64,000 nucleotides of DNA from Phoronis australis (taxonomy: Eukaryota > Animalia > Phoronida). Positions 12,594 through 25,220 of this stretch are shown here, one piece after another. Numbering within the stretch: position 1 is the first letter of the stretch; every line of letters starts with the position of its first letter. The notes under the pieces were generated by a model. It was not told the DNA's origin. It saw only the letters and a program-made list of their open reading frames with translations, and ran no database searches. The stretch covers positions 314,624 through 378,623 of the forward strand of contig NMRA01000324.1 in the NCBI GenBank assembly GCA_002633005.1, written 5' to 3'. Made by a program: the position numbers and the translations under genes.

Positions 12594-15500
12594 TAACAGT
12601 CGCTTGCACGCACAGAGTACTGTTTTTCCTGGGTTTTCTTCAATTTTATTCTTATTCTTATTCTTCTTATTTTTCTTTACTCTGCGCGTGTAAGCGCAGA
12701 CTACTGTTGTTCCTGGGTTTTCTTCAATTCCATTCTTATTCTTCTTCTGATTCTTATTCTTTTTCCGACCAACTTTGACACTTATTAACTCCATAATGGT
12801 TGAAACATTTCATAAATTTTGATTCATTATATACGCATATTCCATAATGCATCGGAAGAGGTCATTTGGTTCAAATGTCATGTAACTTTAAAAATGCTAC
12901 TCCTTCATTTTAAAACCTATTCTTTTCAAATTCGGTACACAGGTATAAAACAATATAAAAAATTACTTTTTTAAGTAATCGGGTCATCCAATCAGGCTAA
13001 ACAGGGCAAAGATCCTTAGGTGCAAACTGACATTGTTAACTAGACACTCCGAGATCACAAGTCTGATTGGTACGTCTAATTACATTCCAAATACAAAGTT
13101 CCAGGTCAGTTTATGCAACCGTGGGGTCATAAGGTGCATTTTTCTTCTGAAAGTTTGACCTTTTCATTCATGAAGTATTCTGATGTGTCAGCCGTGACAA
13201 CAGTGATTCTCAGCATTAAATATACTTTTCACGGACTTTGCAATGGTTCTACTAAAAGGGCTTTTTATTGCACTGGATAGGGTCAATTAGTGCAAAGATC
13301 ATGTACATTTCTCAAGGAATTATCTTCCTGTCCAGCACATTGGTGTAAACCCACATGCCAAAGAAATACCGTACTTTACTAAGCAATAGGATTATCCTAT
13401 CTGAGAAAATAGGTAAAAGGTTAATATGTGCAAACTAAAATGTTGAGCTAGACACTTGAAATTGACAGGTCTGATCGGCGCACGTAATTCAATTTGGAAT
13501 CCAAAGTCTCAGGTCATTTAGTGTAAACATGGGTTTCATTAGGTGCATTTTTCTTCTGAAAATTTGACCTTTTCAATCAACAAGTATTCTGATGTGTCAG
13601 CCGTTAGACAACTGTGATTCTAAGCAATAAACACATTCTTTATTGGCTTTGCAATAATTCTCCTTGAGACGCTTATATTGCACTGGATAGGGTCAATTTG
13701 TATTAACCACACTTTTAATCGAGTTAACAATTACTCCCTCATCATGGTTCATAATGCACCGGAAGAGGTCAATTGGTGGAAAGGTCATCAAAAATTAATA
13801 TGTAACTTCTTGTACAGAATTCCTTTTCATATTGGTAAACGGGTTGCTATCAGTAACTTGCCACAATAGTTCCTGTATTACGCACGCGCAGATTCCGTTA
13901 TTACAAGCGCAGAATTTTACTGTTCTACGTATTTTATCTTCTTATTCTTCTAATTGATATTATTATTATTGTTATTATTCCTTCCTTTTCATATTGTTAT
14001 TAGTCCTACATTCAATCATTTAGAACAATAATATTCATTGTGATTGATAAATAGTTAAGGGATTTATATTGATAATATTTTTCGACCCTAAATGCACTAG
14101 GATGACCTGAAAAGAGTCAATTAGTGCATCTTCTACAGTTTTTTAGATAGACTCTTCGAATTTTGTGAACAAGGAGGGACTAAAGAAGTGTATCAGGAAT
14201 TTACACGGATTCCCAATCGGACCAAGGGAACCGAGTTTCCGGGTCAAAGGTCATTAAGTGCAAAAGTGATTTTTGAGCAAGACCTTTCATAATCATGCGT
14301 ATGATTTCCATTCATAAAGGAAGTTTAGTCACAAACTCTGGGGTCATTGGGTGTAACTTTGGGGTCATTTATTGCCATTTTCTGTTAAATTTAAGACTTT
14401 TTAAATCAGGTTGTAGTTAATTGATGCATTACTGAGAGCGTTCAAATTCATGGTGGTTCAACCAATTGCCGATCGAATTTTTTTGATCCCATGGATTTGA
14501 CTCAGAATGCACCGGGTTGCCCCAAAAATGATCAAGGAGTGCATTTCGTCGTATTACTTCTCCTTCTACAGGTTTTTAGATAGACTATTCGAATTTTGAT
14601 TGCAAGAAGGCACTAGAGATGTGCATCCCAAATTTTAGGGTCATTAGGTGCAACTGCTGGGTCATTAAGTGCAGTTTTATTTTGATATTTTAACTTTTCA
14701 CACTTGCTCTTTCATAGTTACCAGGGACATCTCTCTCTTTCACACAACAGAAGTAACTTCTATGCAATGCAATGCGCATAGTACTTTTGTTCCTGGGTTT
14801 TCTTCAATTGTATTCTTCTTATCCTTCTTATTCTTCTTATTCTTCAGATACAGCCTTTAATTTCAGCATATGACATTTGACAGTACATAAATTTTGATTC
14901 GTTATATAATCATATTCCATAATGCACCGAAAGAGGTCATTTGGTGCAAAGGTCAGGTGATTTTCAAAATGCTACTCCTTCTTTATTTTCAAAGCTATTC
15001 TTTTCAAATTCAGTACACAGGTATAAGTCAATCAGGCAATTTAAAAATTACTTTTCTAAGTAATCAGGTCATCCAATCAGATTAAACAGGTCAAAGGTCA
15101 TTAGGTATAAACTAAAATTTTGAGCTAGACACATCAAATTCACAGGTCTGATGGCACAGGTAATTCAATTTGGAATCCAATGTTTCAGGTATTTTAGTGC
15201 AAACATGGGGTCATTATGTACATTTTTCTTCTGAAAATTTGACCTTTTCATTCTCCATAATGCACCGGAAGAGGTCAATTAGTGGAAAGTGTCAGATGAT
15301 TGACTGTGGGTTTGTTTAAAAGGTAGCTATGCCTTGAGATTGTGCGTAAATGGAGAGTGGATAATCAACTCCAGTAATTAATTTATTATATGATAACCCC
15401 TAATTAGACAAATGAAACCTATTGTTAATTAAGTAATCAACTACAAAGAGTAAATACGCTAGCGACCTCTTTAAAGATTACTTTAATCAAACAACCAAAA

Positions 15501-16352
15501 CCATCAAATGCCTTATCTGCTATCCAAGCTAAGACTCTCCATTTGCTGGATGTCTGTCCTGTTGGTGAATCTTCGAACTACACACACTGTATAGCGACAG
15601 GGTACTTGCTGATCACCGTCTCTGGTGATCCAACACTTGCAGGAAATGTTTTCTACCCGCGATTCTTCTTGCTGGTCACAGTCTCTGGCTCATGACGCAA
15701 CACTTCAGGTAGTATCTTACTACCCACGATGCAAGTGAAAAGCTTTTAGTTAACTTCCTGTCGGTTAACCCTTGCCCTTGCCAAGATTCTTTCTAGAATC
15801 TTCCACGAGACGGCTCTGTCGTACAATTGCTTCTGTACACCGTAGCAAGTCTTTATGCTTCGACTACTATAGCACCTCTAATTATCTTGTTGATTTCAGC
15901 CCATAATATAACATTCTACTTATTTAGTGATTGGCTAATAAAAACTACATGATCACATCCACTCGTATTATTGGCTGTTACAATTTGTTCTCAGAATATT
16001 CTAGAATCTCCAGAGTACTTTGACCCCAGAACTCAAAGTTGTAAACACCATCTAAAAATAGATGTTGGCGTTAAAATACATGTCAACAAGTCTGACCCCA
16101 TGATTTAATAGTACATATGCACACATTTTGCGCAACTTAAAATGGTTCTATTCTTACTAGTTACTTAATCAATATTTATTCTGACTGAAAGGTCATCAAA
16201 ATATTAACATGTAATTTCTACTACAATTTTAAAGAATTCCTTTCATACATGTATTGGTAAACGGGTTGCTGTCAGTAACTTCCCAAAAAATTTCCACTAA
16301 TCCGCACGCGCAGAGTCAATTATTGTCGTGCCGTGACAATAATCTTTTTAGT
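12594..16352 (+). mobile_element. Non-autonomous Helitron/Helentron-like composite array with internal duplications
   Basis: Repeated head gcgcagagtactgtttttcctgggttttcttcaatt plus (TTC/TTA) microsatellite at ~12601, 12690, 13905 and 14775. Duplicated 250-500 bp units rich in ggtcaaaggtca/ggggtca. Terminal hairpin ttattgtc..gacaataa at ~16320-16342. The family call is by architecture only. Confidence 0.55.
15290..16186 (-). mobile_element. Solo LTR (897 bp) of the Gmr1-like family with 5-bp TSD GAAAG
   Basis: Termini tgtcaga...tctgac(t). gaaag at 15285-15289 and 16187-16191. An uninterrupted copy of the target (ggtggaaaggtcatcaaaa) is at ~13775. Confidence 0.9.
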
Positions 16353-16361
16353 TAGTTCTTT

Positions 16362-16570
16362 ACAATTCAAGGCTTCGCAGCATTGATCGTAGCGTAGAAT
16401 GACCATTAAGCAGGACAGTATGTTTGAGTAGGCTTGTGAGCTTACGGTCTACTTTATTAGAGTAATTATCTCGAACGAGACTGAAGTCTACCGTCGCACC
16501 GAAAGCTATTTGCGCCGGTAGGTACATGTAAAAACCTGCATCCATCACACACGAAGGAAAGTGACCACTG
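16362..16570 (+). ncRNA. Candidate conserved structured RNA motif, copy 1 (homolog at 47555-47756)
   Basis: Invariant blocks CAAGGCTTCGCAGCATTG, TGTTTGAGTAGGCTTGTGA, CTCGAAC, GAAAGCTATT, CCGGT and AACCTGC are shared with copy 2, with compensatory pairs. No shared open frame. Confidence 0.5.
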
Positions 16571-16655
16571 CTGCACTCTTTACAGTTACTGAAGGTCAGT
16601 TAGTTACTTTTTTGTTCATTTTAGGATTTTTTGCATGAAGAGCATACTAAATTGA

Positions 16656-16956
16656 AAAAATGAAAATGGTTGCAATTCCATTGATGAAAGCGCACATGCA
16701 GAAATCCGGAACATGAATTTCAAGGGCTTTCATGGCTCACCCATCAAAAGAGAAACATGCATGGAAATTTGTGGCCGTCATTGGTTTGCCTATGTTGGTG
16801 TTCATAACGGTGACACGTGCTGGTGTGGCAGTGAACTTCAGAACATGGAAAACATACCGCTTGCGCAGTGTGAAAAAGTGAGGTGTTCTGGAGACAGCAG
16901 TCATTTCTGCGGATCTAATTCATCCATGTACATCATGCGAACAAATCACATTATAT
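16656..16956 (+). pseudogene. WSC (carbohydrate-binding) domain exon, probably disrupted
   Basis: GC...TCMEICGRHWFAYVGVHNGDTCWCG...CEKVRCSGDSSHFCG..SMYI is the WSC cysteine pattern. An in-frame TGA at 16653 follows the acceptor at 16624. Possible donor GT at 16957. Confidence 0.8.
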
Positions 16957-17402
16957 GTAACCTGTCTTAATAAGTCGATCACTCTACGTCACAAGTGATG
17001 AAAAGGCAATGGTGAAAGATAGCAGAAAATTTCAACAGTCTCAGTGTCTAGGCTCTTTCAAGCAATCCTGGTACCGTATTTTGTTTCCGTTTAGATGTTT
17101 AACAATCCAAGTACAGAAGATGCAACAATATAGACATCTGCAAAACTTGCCCCACCAAAAACGTATTTTCAAATGAATTGAAACTTTTAGACTTCGAATT
17201 TTATGTTTTACTGATCCACATTTCTTGATGTCTGTTTGCTCTTGATAATTCTGACAACAGAGTAGACAGGGTACTGTATTTTGGATATTTCGGGACCTAT
17301 GGTAAATTATATCATATGTTCAACGGATTTTGACGTTTGGGTTTACAGATCATGTTTTCATACTTTTTTTCAATAACCTGACGATTCGTTTGGTATTTTC
17401 AG

Positions 17403-17687
17403 ACAATCAAAAAGACGGGTAAATGTTGGAAAAGACCTCGAATGGACTACTCACTAAATAGGTTTTACAAAGGGGAAAGGAATTCAAAGGTGGACTGCAG
17501 AAGCATATGCGGGTCATTTAGATTAAAGGTGGCTGTTGTGGCCAATGGTGATTCCTGACTGTGTAGAGACAGCTTTTGGATTCCGAAGTTATGCTATCAA
17601 GAAAGTGTTGGGTACGATGCAGTGGCAACAAGCACGACACATGTGGAGGAGAACTTGATTTGTTTGTAATGAGTTCTTTCATACCAG
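17403..17687 (+). pseudogene. Second WSC-domain exon with nonsense codon and frameshift
   Basis: ttttcag acceptor, then KCW...DCRSICG...VAVVANGDS*LC, a frameshift, then KCWVRCSGNKHDTCGGELDLFVM. Donor ccag|gtaaaa. TGA at 17556-17558. Confidence 0.8.
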
Positions 17688-20667
17688 GTAAAATATTACC
17701 AGTGACAAGTAATGTAATTATTGATCACTGCACGACGGATACGCATAATCCTTGTAAAATTAAGGCAGGTATTCGCATACGGCAAGTGTTCGTTGACTTT
17801 GAAAAAATTGACCCCGCGGCGACAACTTTTGCCACGCGTTTGGTAGGTAGAGCAATTTGCGCTCAAACATCTTGCTCCGTGTCCAATATATGTCTAAAAA
17901 CGAAACTGGGGCCAGGGCGAAAAGGGGTCTATCTACTTGTGCAATGACCTACATACGAGATGTGTGTCTCTGCAACTCCCGCTTTTTTTGAAAACCTGTG
18001 CATGTGCATGACTTTCAGTTTACAGGCCCTCATCACCGAATAAACGCCGGTGCATTGATATTCCTGAAAATTTTCATTTTCAAAATCCACTCCCACGGGC
18101 TTATCTACTCAAAAACCCGGGAACTCACTCTATTCTCAGATGGAGTCAAAGCTTTTAAAAAACTGGCGGTTAAGTTGGAAATGGTTATCAACCCCCTACC
18201 GTAAGGTTTGAGTAGATTGCATTTTTGATAAACACTGCTGCCATTCATGTTTTCTACCTTTTGCAACCCTGTCTCAAGGAGATGTTGACAATTTTTGTTT
18301 TGCAGCAGGTAAACACAATTGTACGCGGTAACCGCGTCATGTTATTTCCACAAAAATCTGAAAACTCCTCGCCAGCTTTTGTGCCATATAAATTGCAAGA
18401 ATTTTGACCACTTATCGAGTAAATCCACCCTTAAACATGTATAGATGCAAAACCGTCAAAATAAACTTCAACAAATGTTCTGCGAAATTGCTATTTAATA
18501 GCGATAAACGTTCGAATAAAGTTCCAAGCAATTCAGGCGAGACCATAATCCAGAATTTACTAATTTGGCAGAGTTCTGACGAATTTTATTTGAAATTTAC
18601 TATGTGAAGAAAGACCCATTCGAAGGTGGACACGTTTGTCGACACTCAGATTAAATGACTGCAGTACCAGTGGATCTATTCGAAGATCAGGCATATACAA
18701 AAGAGTAAAAGTTACCATGGAGCACGTGTAGAATTACATTTTGGGACGATACCTGAATTGTAGTATTAGCTTTAACACGTCCTTAATATTATGGGATCGC
18801 AACAGAAATCCAGATGCGTTTATTAACCATTTACCATACAATTACATTATTTCAGTTGAAAATTGACCTCTCAGTTCAGCTTGAGCTTGGCAATGCAGTA
18901 GTAAAGTTATACAAACTAGAAACGGACTCTCCGTCTCAGAAAACATTAAAATTTACACACGTTTTATCATCTTGTTTGGCAATTTATCGTCAGAGGCTGT
19001 AGTCGGTCTTGAAAGGCACGTAAAAGCCGGAATATTAATAATGTCCGAGGTGATAAGGCTTCACAAACTTCTGTTTGACGTTTTTTTTGATCCATTGTAA
19101 TCTGTGTAGTGACGAAAAGTCTTCCTGTCGGAATGGATATCATTTACGTGCCTAGTACACGTCACTTTGCAAATAGATGTTCTGTCATTTGGAATATCGT
19201 CTCAATCTCAGCGGACACTAGGGAGCCAGACCACTTGTCTTCCAGTCGTTGCTGGGGTCAGTACCCCATATCAACTGCATTTTATTTAGTTATGTGTATC
19301 TCAGTACTTCGTAGCGTCTGTCATGCTACGAGCCTGACAGTCTTCACATTAGCAAAACTAGGAAAATGGAGAGCGTAATTGCAAGAGCCCAGCCCGAAAG
19401 CAACTGAAGAACAGATTTTTTTACTATGATAGGGTGCATCAAGCCAAAGGATGAGGCCAATTACGATATTCTAGATGACCCCTTTAGAAGATGGACGTAT
19501 ATTGGGACCCCATGTAATTGTCAGGGGTGCATGTCAAAAGGCAGACCAACAGTGTCGATCCTGCATTAATGTAGGGCGTCGTAAAACGGTTGCCCCGTAT
19601 ATTTGTACAGCCCTCTATCGGCCATAAAACAGGGCTTGCTATACTGTACAGGGCCTTGTTCTGTGGCTGCCTTTGAGCGGGGAATCTCATTTTAATATCG
19701 ATTTTATTGCTCTTTGGACGAATTCGCGCAGAGCCCATATCAATATAGGTGGCCCCATTTTTCAAGCCGGGAATTAAATTTATTACGTAAGTCATTTTAA
19801 GAAGTATGTCGCTTTAAACTGTTACCTGTTTCAACCAAGACATTCACAGGATTTTTAATGTACAGAACAGGCTACAGCATCGGTGTTGACTCTGTACACG
19901 AATTGTCTTTTTAAGCACAGGATGTTCTACTAAAACCTGATCTGTAGAGCGTAATTCGTCGTCATAGAAATGTTTTCAAATCAATCGTTTCAAAAGACAA
20001 TAAAGGGCCGAGATTTGTGGAGGGCTGTTACACAAGTGGAAGCGTGTTTTTGATGGCATTTAAAGACGTTGAAAGGATTTCCAGTATGATATCGAAAACT
20101 TCGATGACTAAAACTGTTCGCCAGTCATTTTTCAAACAGAAAGAAGGCCGCTTTCTGGTGTAATTAAAGGAGACGAATGAGTCTGCGGTCAATCGATTAA
20201 CCTTCCACGCGTCTACCTTACGGGTGACGTAGAATTCAAACGACACTGCACGGGGAAGTACATGTATGGAGAGTATTGTGGGGGAGTGCACGGCATTTAT
20301 ATTATGACTTGAACTACTAAAGGACGCCTCAGAACTGACATGTCCTAAAGTTTTTTGTCGGTCTTAATCTCTATGGACAACATATTGCTACGTCAAACAC
20401 GGAACTCATGACCTCCGGATCCTAACAGTGTTGTATTTGATCAACCTAAGCAAATGAAATTGTTTATAGAAGTTTTGTTTCATGATTTTCTTCTATCAAT
20501 CCAATGAGTTTTTTCTGGTAATTCTCTTCTTTTGCACAGAGTCTTGTCTTGATCATAGCAAGGAATGTAGTAGAATATGGGAGTTCACTTTTGAGTTACC
20601 TGTTACCGCTATTACTAGCGCTGCCAAGTGATGAACAAGCAACGGTCAACCGGGAAGCACCAAAACA

Positions 20668-21515
20668 ATGGGGAAGGACGCATTTTGCAGTGCGAGAAAA
20701 TGCACTAATTCATTCAAGAAAACGCCAGACATGTCACTGTTTAGGTTTCATTAGGATCCGGAAAGGTAAGTATTATCTGTTATTCAATACTATGATACAA
20801 TGTCTTTCATTTTTATGTTCTGTTCACGGTCGTTATACAAGTCGATCGCTGTTCCGGTGCCACTGTCTGTTGTCTGAAATGTAGGCTAAGCCTATTGGGC
20901 AGCCGGCTGAAGGACTATGATTAACGTACGATGTGATGGTCAGCTTTCTGGACACTTGCAGTCCATCTATTCCAAATCAAAATGTCACCCGAATGATCGT
21001 AGGAATAATTTTAGGAAAGCATACCCATGGCCATGGGTGAATATGAATCATCGTGATGACACGGCCATGGCACAATCACAACAACAGGGCCTCAAGTCTT
21101 TCATAAGTCAGATTACCAAAAAACTGTGGGTCTCGGTGAAAAATTGTACAGCCCTTAAAATATCCGTGGATCGACATTTGAGTCCTAGTTTTTTTAGTTG
21201 ACTCCAAGACGCTTTTCTTTCTATCACTATCACAGTAAGACAGGACTTCTGTATTGTAGTGTAGTTTATTGTAGGCTACATGTACCAGTCTTCTGTAAAC
21301 CTACTGAGTATGAGGTTTCTTCCTAAGCCTCTCATGTATTTCCCTTCAGGTGCAAGCGCTGAGAGCCGACCTTACGAATAGAGATGCAAGCTACTTATCC
21401 AAGAACTGCATCTTATGCGCTCATCGCTTCGAGGAGTCCATGTTCATGAATGAAGAACAAGCTGGTATTGCATACATTGCCCGAGCAGTATTTGATGTCC
21501 CAAATCCACCAAAAA
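20668..21515 (+). pseudogene. Spliced THAP12/P52rIPK-like THAP domain relic (hAT-type transposase N-terminus); exons 20668-20765 and 21350-~21515
   Basis: MGKDAFCSARKCTNSFKKTPDMSLFRFH*DPER|gtaagt...ttcag|...RADLTNRDASYLSKNCILCAHRFEESMF...VFDVPNPP. Contains an in-frame stop and a deletion. Confidence 0.75.
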
Positions 21516-24500
21516 TGAATATGTCGAAAAGTTTTCCGGAAATTATGTTACAGCTGTGGGATAGGTTTTTTTGCATTTCTGATTATCGTCTCACAAAGCA
21601 AGTACTGGAACATCACGTGTACAATAAGTCAAAAGCTGGTTTTCGTATTTTACTAAGGTTGATCAGATTGAAACATTTTATGAATGGTTAGCCTGTGATT
21701 TGAAGAGAAAAAAGTGAAACTGATGGGTTTTTTAGAGTCCGAATGGTGGGCTGGCATTTTTTAAACCCAAGCTATCCGTATCATTTTGCTTCTCAATGAC
21801 AAACACCTGTGTGAGTAAATTAGTTTTCAGTTTTATTAATAACGCATTTCCTTGGCAAAAAGAGCTGTTGTTTAATAGTGAATTAATAGAAAGTTAGACG
21901 GTTGGTTAGATTTTCTTGCTGTAATGATGTATGTGTTGCCTATTTTGTACGTTTTTGGAGATTGTGATTAATTTAAACCCAGTTGTGGCTAGGTAACAAA
22001 TATGATCTTGAGGTCTAAATTTAGCTTACTTGAAAAATTTCCTGTTATTGATAATATGAACAGTGGGTATATAAAATAAAATTTTAGTTTTATCATCCAA
22101 GTCTTTTTATATCAGTTTTGCATGGAGTTGTGTGGCTAGTGAATACTTTGTTTGCTGTTCAGTACCTTTCAAATTTTTGTCATGACATTTTGAGCTTAGA
22201 CTAGTTATCGGTGATGATATACTCAATGTTGGGGGCTCGAATTCCTGAAGATTTAGACCTTTTGCTAAGAAATGAGTGGGCGGGCAAAAAACACGGGACC
22301 ACGACTGTGAATTCCACGTTTGCGCTTCTTTAGTGGACTTTTGTCCCATTTTCTCATACTTTTTGTCTCTCGGGGCGGATCTTTTTATTCGATCACCCCG
22401 AGTTCCCCTGGTTGCGCGCGTGGGAGAGTGAGATCGAGTTTAGCCTATGCTGGCATGTCTAAGAAATAACGGATTGATCTAAAATTATATTACGATTTTG
22501 TGGTAGTCATGATTTGCTTTCTTCTTCTTACATGTGTAACACCCACTACACCAAACAGTTGTTCGAATTGCTAGTATCCTGGTGCATTGAATAGGGAACA
22601 CATGCGAACTTGTTGGGTGGAGATGAAACCAGCAGTGAGCTGGGAGCAACATGTTTGTCAATGGTCAGGGGAGCAACCAAAATTTTTGACGATGGAAGGG
22701 GCTCAACGCCTACATGTATGGTGCATACCCCTTTGGTTTTTACCTGTTAAGCAGTCCTCCCATGTAACCCCCACTGGTAGGGGTCCAACACCAATTTGGG
22801 GCCCACCTGGTTTTTGCATGGTACCCCCTTAGCTGTCACCTGGGGGAGACACCCTCTGAACCCCCAGGAGCAATCATTCAAATTTTGTAGTTCATGGATT
22901 TATGAACTGTTATAAAGAACGATAATTTGCCTTGTTAAGAACTCAAACATAAAAAACAGTGATGAATTTTGAAGGGAGCTTCAAGAGAATAAAAACTTTA
23001 ACATTTTCATTCTCCTTCTATTATTAGTGGATGTTAGTTTACGTATTCTAACCATTTTCGATCACACAGTGATTTTATTGCACGATGAACGTCATTAAAG
23101 TATGAATGCATCAGTGTTGACAATGTTTGGAATGCGCTTCTAAGAAAGTGTTAATTAGTCACCGCTTGGAGCGCTTGTGTTTCGACCTGTAACCATTGCG
23201 GTGAATGGCAAAGTGGTGGAGTGAACTCTCCAGTACTAGTACACTCCTTGATCACAGTCTCAACCTACTGGCACTGTACTGCTGAAGTACATATAGCTGA
23301 AAACTGTCTGTCGTTATTCAGTGTAAAATTTGATCCGTGTGTAGATTAGATGGCAATTGCTGCTATTTTACATGAAATAAACAGACACTTTATGTGCTCA
23401 TTAATTTCGCACTTCAGCAACTACATTGTACGAGTTATAAACGAATGTTGCCACTTAGCACTCTGAAGGTTCATATGAATGATCGCCGCCAAATCGGCTT
23501 GAAAGTTATATATGTCGATATAATAACCCGTCTTTATCATCGCTTTAGTTATGCAACATATATGGTTTAAAGTAAAACTTTCACCGAACACTAAACTCCC
23601 GGTTGAATTTGCCTCTCTATTCAAAGAAGTTCGCAACGTTGCCGGTGAAACATATGGGTCTAAGTCTAGCGGGTATTGTGGTCACATTAATCACTCAGTA
23701 TTTTTTTGTCACTAGCCTAAATTCTTTTAAAAAACTGTTGAATTCAGTAATGATAAATACATCTTACTAACAGTTTTAAACTTGCAATCTATCCCGATGT
23801 TGTCCAATTCGATAGACAAGCCGAAATAGAACTTACTATAACCTTGAAGTTCGTCACCCGATTTTGATGTTTTTTTTCGCGTGGCTTGCACTATCTTTCT
23901 GGCAATATCAGAGAATGTTTTCAATGTGAAAGGAATAGTAAGATCGACCCATTTACACTACCTCTTAAAGTTGCAAGTCTGTGATACCTCTGTCGGCAGA
24001 GTGAGAATCTGTTAGCAGGCTTCCGAGACAGTGGTGAATTATGCCAACCTCCCACTAAACAGCGATCTGGCATCCTTTTTTAAATGCCAACGCCATTAGA
24101 ACCTTCGGCACATAACACTGGCGATATTCGTCCGACTATTCATTGCTGGGGACACGTCTCCGTAATTAGAGGTAGTAACCGATGATAGCCGAATTTAACA
24201 CTTTCCTGTTCTCCGAATACAGTGGGGAACTGGGGAAGTTTTTTTTTAAACTGAATACCTGCGAATTGCGAGATAAACAAAGAAAAAAAATATTCAATAA
24301 GTAACCTTTATTAACAGCAAACAAACGTGTATACATAATGCAGCAAAGGAAGCTTCTATCACTTTAAACTTAAATAATTTGTGCATCATGAGTGCTTTCT
24401 ATTGCATGAACAAAAAGAAGAAATTGCTGTAACGACATGATTTTGTTTGACCCCATCAAGTGATTATAACATTGTCTTACACCTCTAATGCCCCTGGCAT

Positions 24501-24924
24501 ACAACCATTTAAATGTAGTTTATTGTGGAAAACTAGGTAGAACACCCTCATTATATTCAAAATTAGTATTATAAACAAGTGATAGAACACCAGATAGTGC
24601 TGTGCGTCACTTGAATCACATACCTTTTTGTGAACGATAGGTGACAGATGTGTTTTACTTTGGAAACACTTTTAAGTTTTTGTTCTTTTGAACACCAGGA
24701 GATCCAAAAAAATGTGTGATGAAGTGGAAAACACATGTTAAGTGTAAGAACCTACAATTGACGTCATTTTGTTAAACTTGAGACACGCACTGACAAAATG
24801 AATGCTATTATTTATTCTTCGACTCTCAATTTAAATGCTGCCCATCAAAATATTGTGAACGAGCTGATGATAAATAAAGCATTTGTGCATTTTCTGGTTT
24901 CCAAAATATACTTATAGGAACAGT

Positions 24925-25220
24925 TCAGACCCTTTCATCATGATGGTGAGCATACATAACGTATAGCGTTCGCAAGCCACCGCAGTTTTGACTAGAGTCT
25001 CCCGGACAGCGTACGTTACATTCTCTTAGATTTGCTGGTTTGTTATGAGCAAAACGAGGAGAACACCAACATTCATTGCCATTTTGCACCGCAGCCAATT
25101 TCGTGTGGGAGCAAACCCATTTACACAACGTGTGGGTATTAAAAATTGACATGTACTGCATATCCCAGGATCCGCTTTCTTCATCCGCTGTCCAGCACCT
25201 GTCGACAAGTCCTTCAAATT
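24925..25220 (-). CDS. WSC-domain exon (terminal) of a multi-WSC protein
   Basis: Acceptor ttacttttgccag (phase 1), then RCW...TLCKWVCSHTKLAAVQNGNECWCS...CNVRCPGDSSQNCGGLRTLYVM and a TGA stop. AATAAA on the - strand at 24811-24816. Confidence 0.75.

Noticed and set aside
12500-12794. Hydrophobic and K/N-rich ORFs
   Set aside because: They are translations of the TTC/TTA microsatellite in the repeat head.
16478-16520. Hammerhead ribozyme (CTGA...GAAA) within the conserved motif
   Set aside because: The core reads CTGAAGT, not CTGANGA, and copy 2 lacks it at the aligned position.
16360-16548. 62-aa ORF as the explanation of the conserved block
   Set aside because: The homologous frame in 47555-47756 has a stop and a frameshift, and conservation is block-like rather than codon-periodic.
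17556-17558. TGA at a conserved WSC cysteine as selenocysteine
   Set aside because: The same exon has a frameshift ~20 nt later and the partner exon has another stop. No SECIS was identified, so ordinary pseudogenisation is simpler.
22509-22680. Signal peptide plus C-type-lectin-like fragment (TCWVEMKPAVSWEQ)
   Set aside because: It has an in-frame stop, is too short, and lacks the downstream WIGL/WND motifs.
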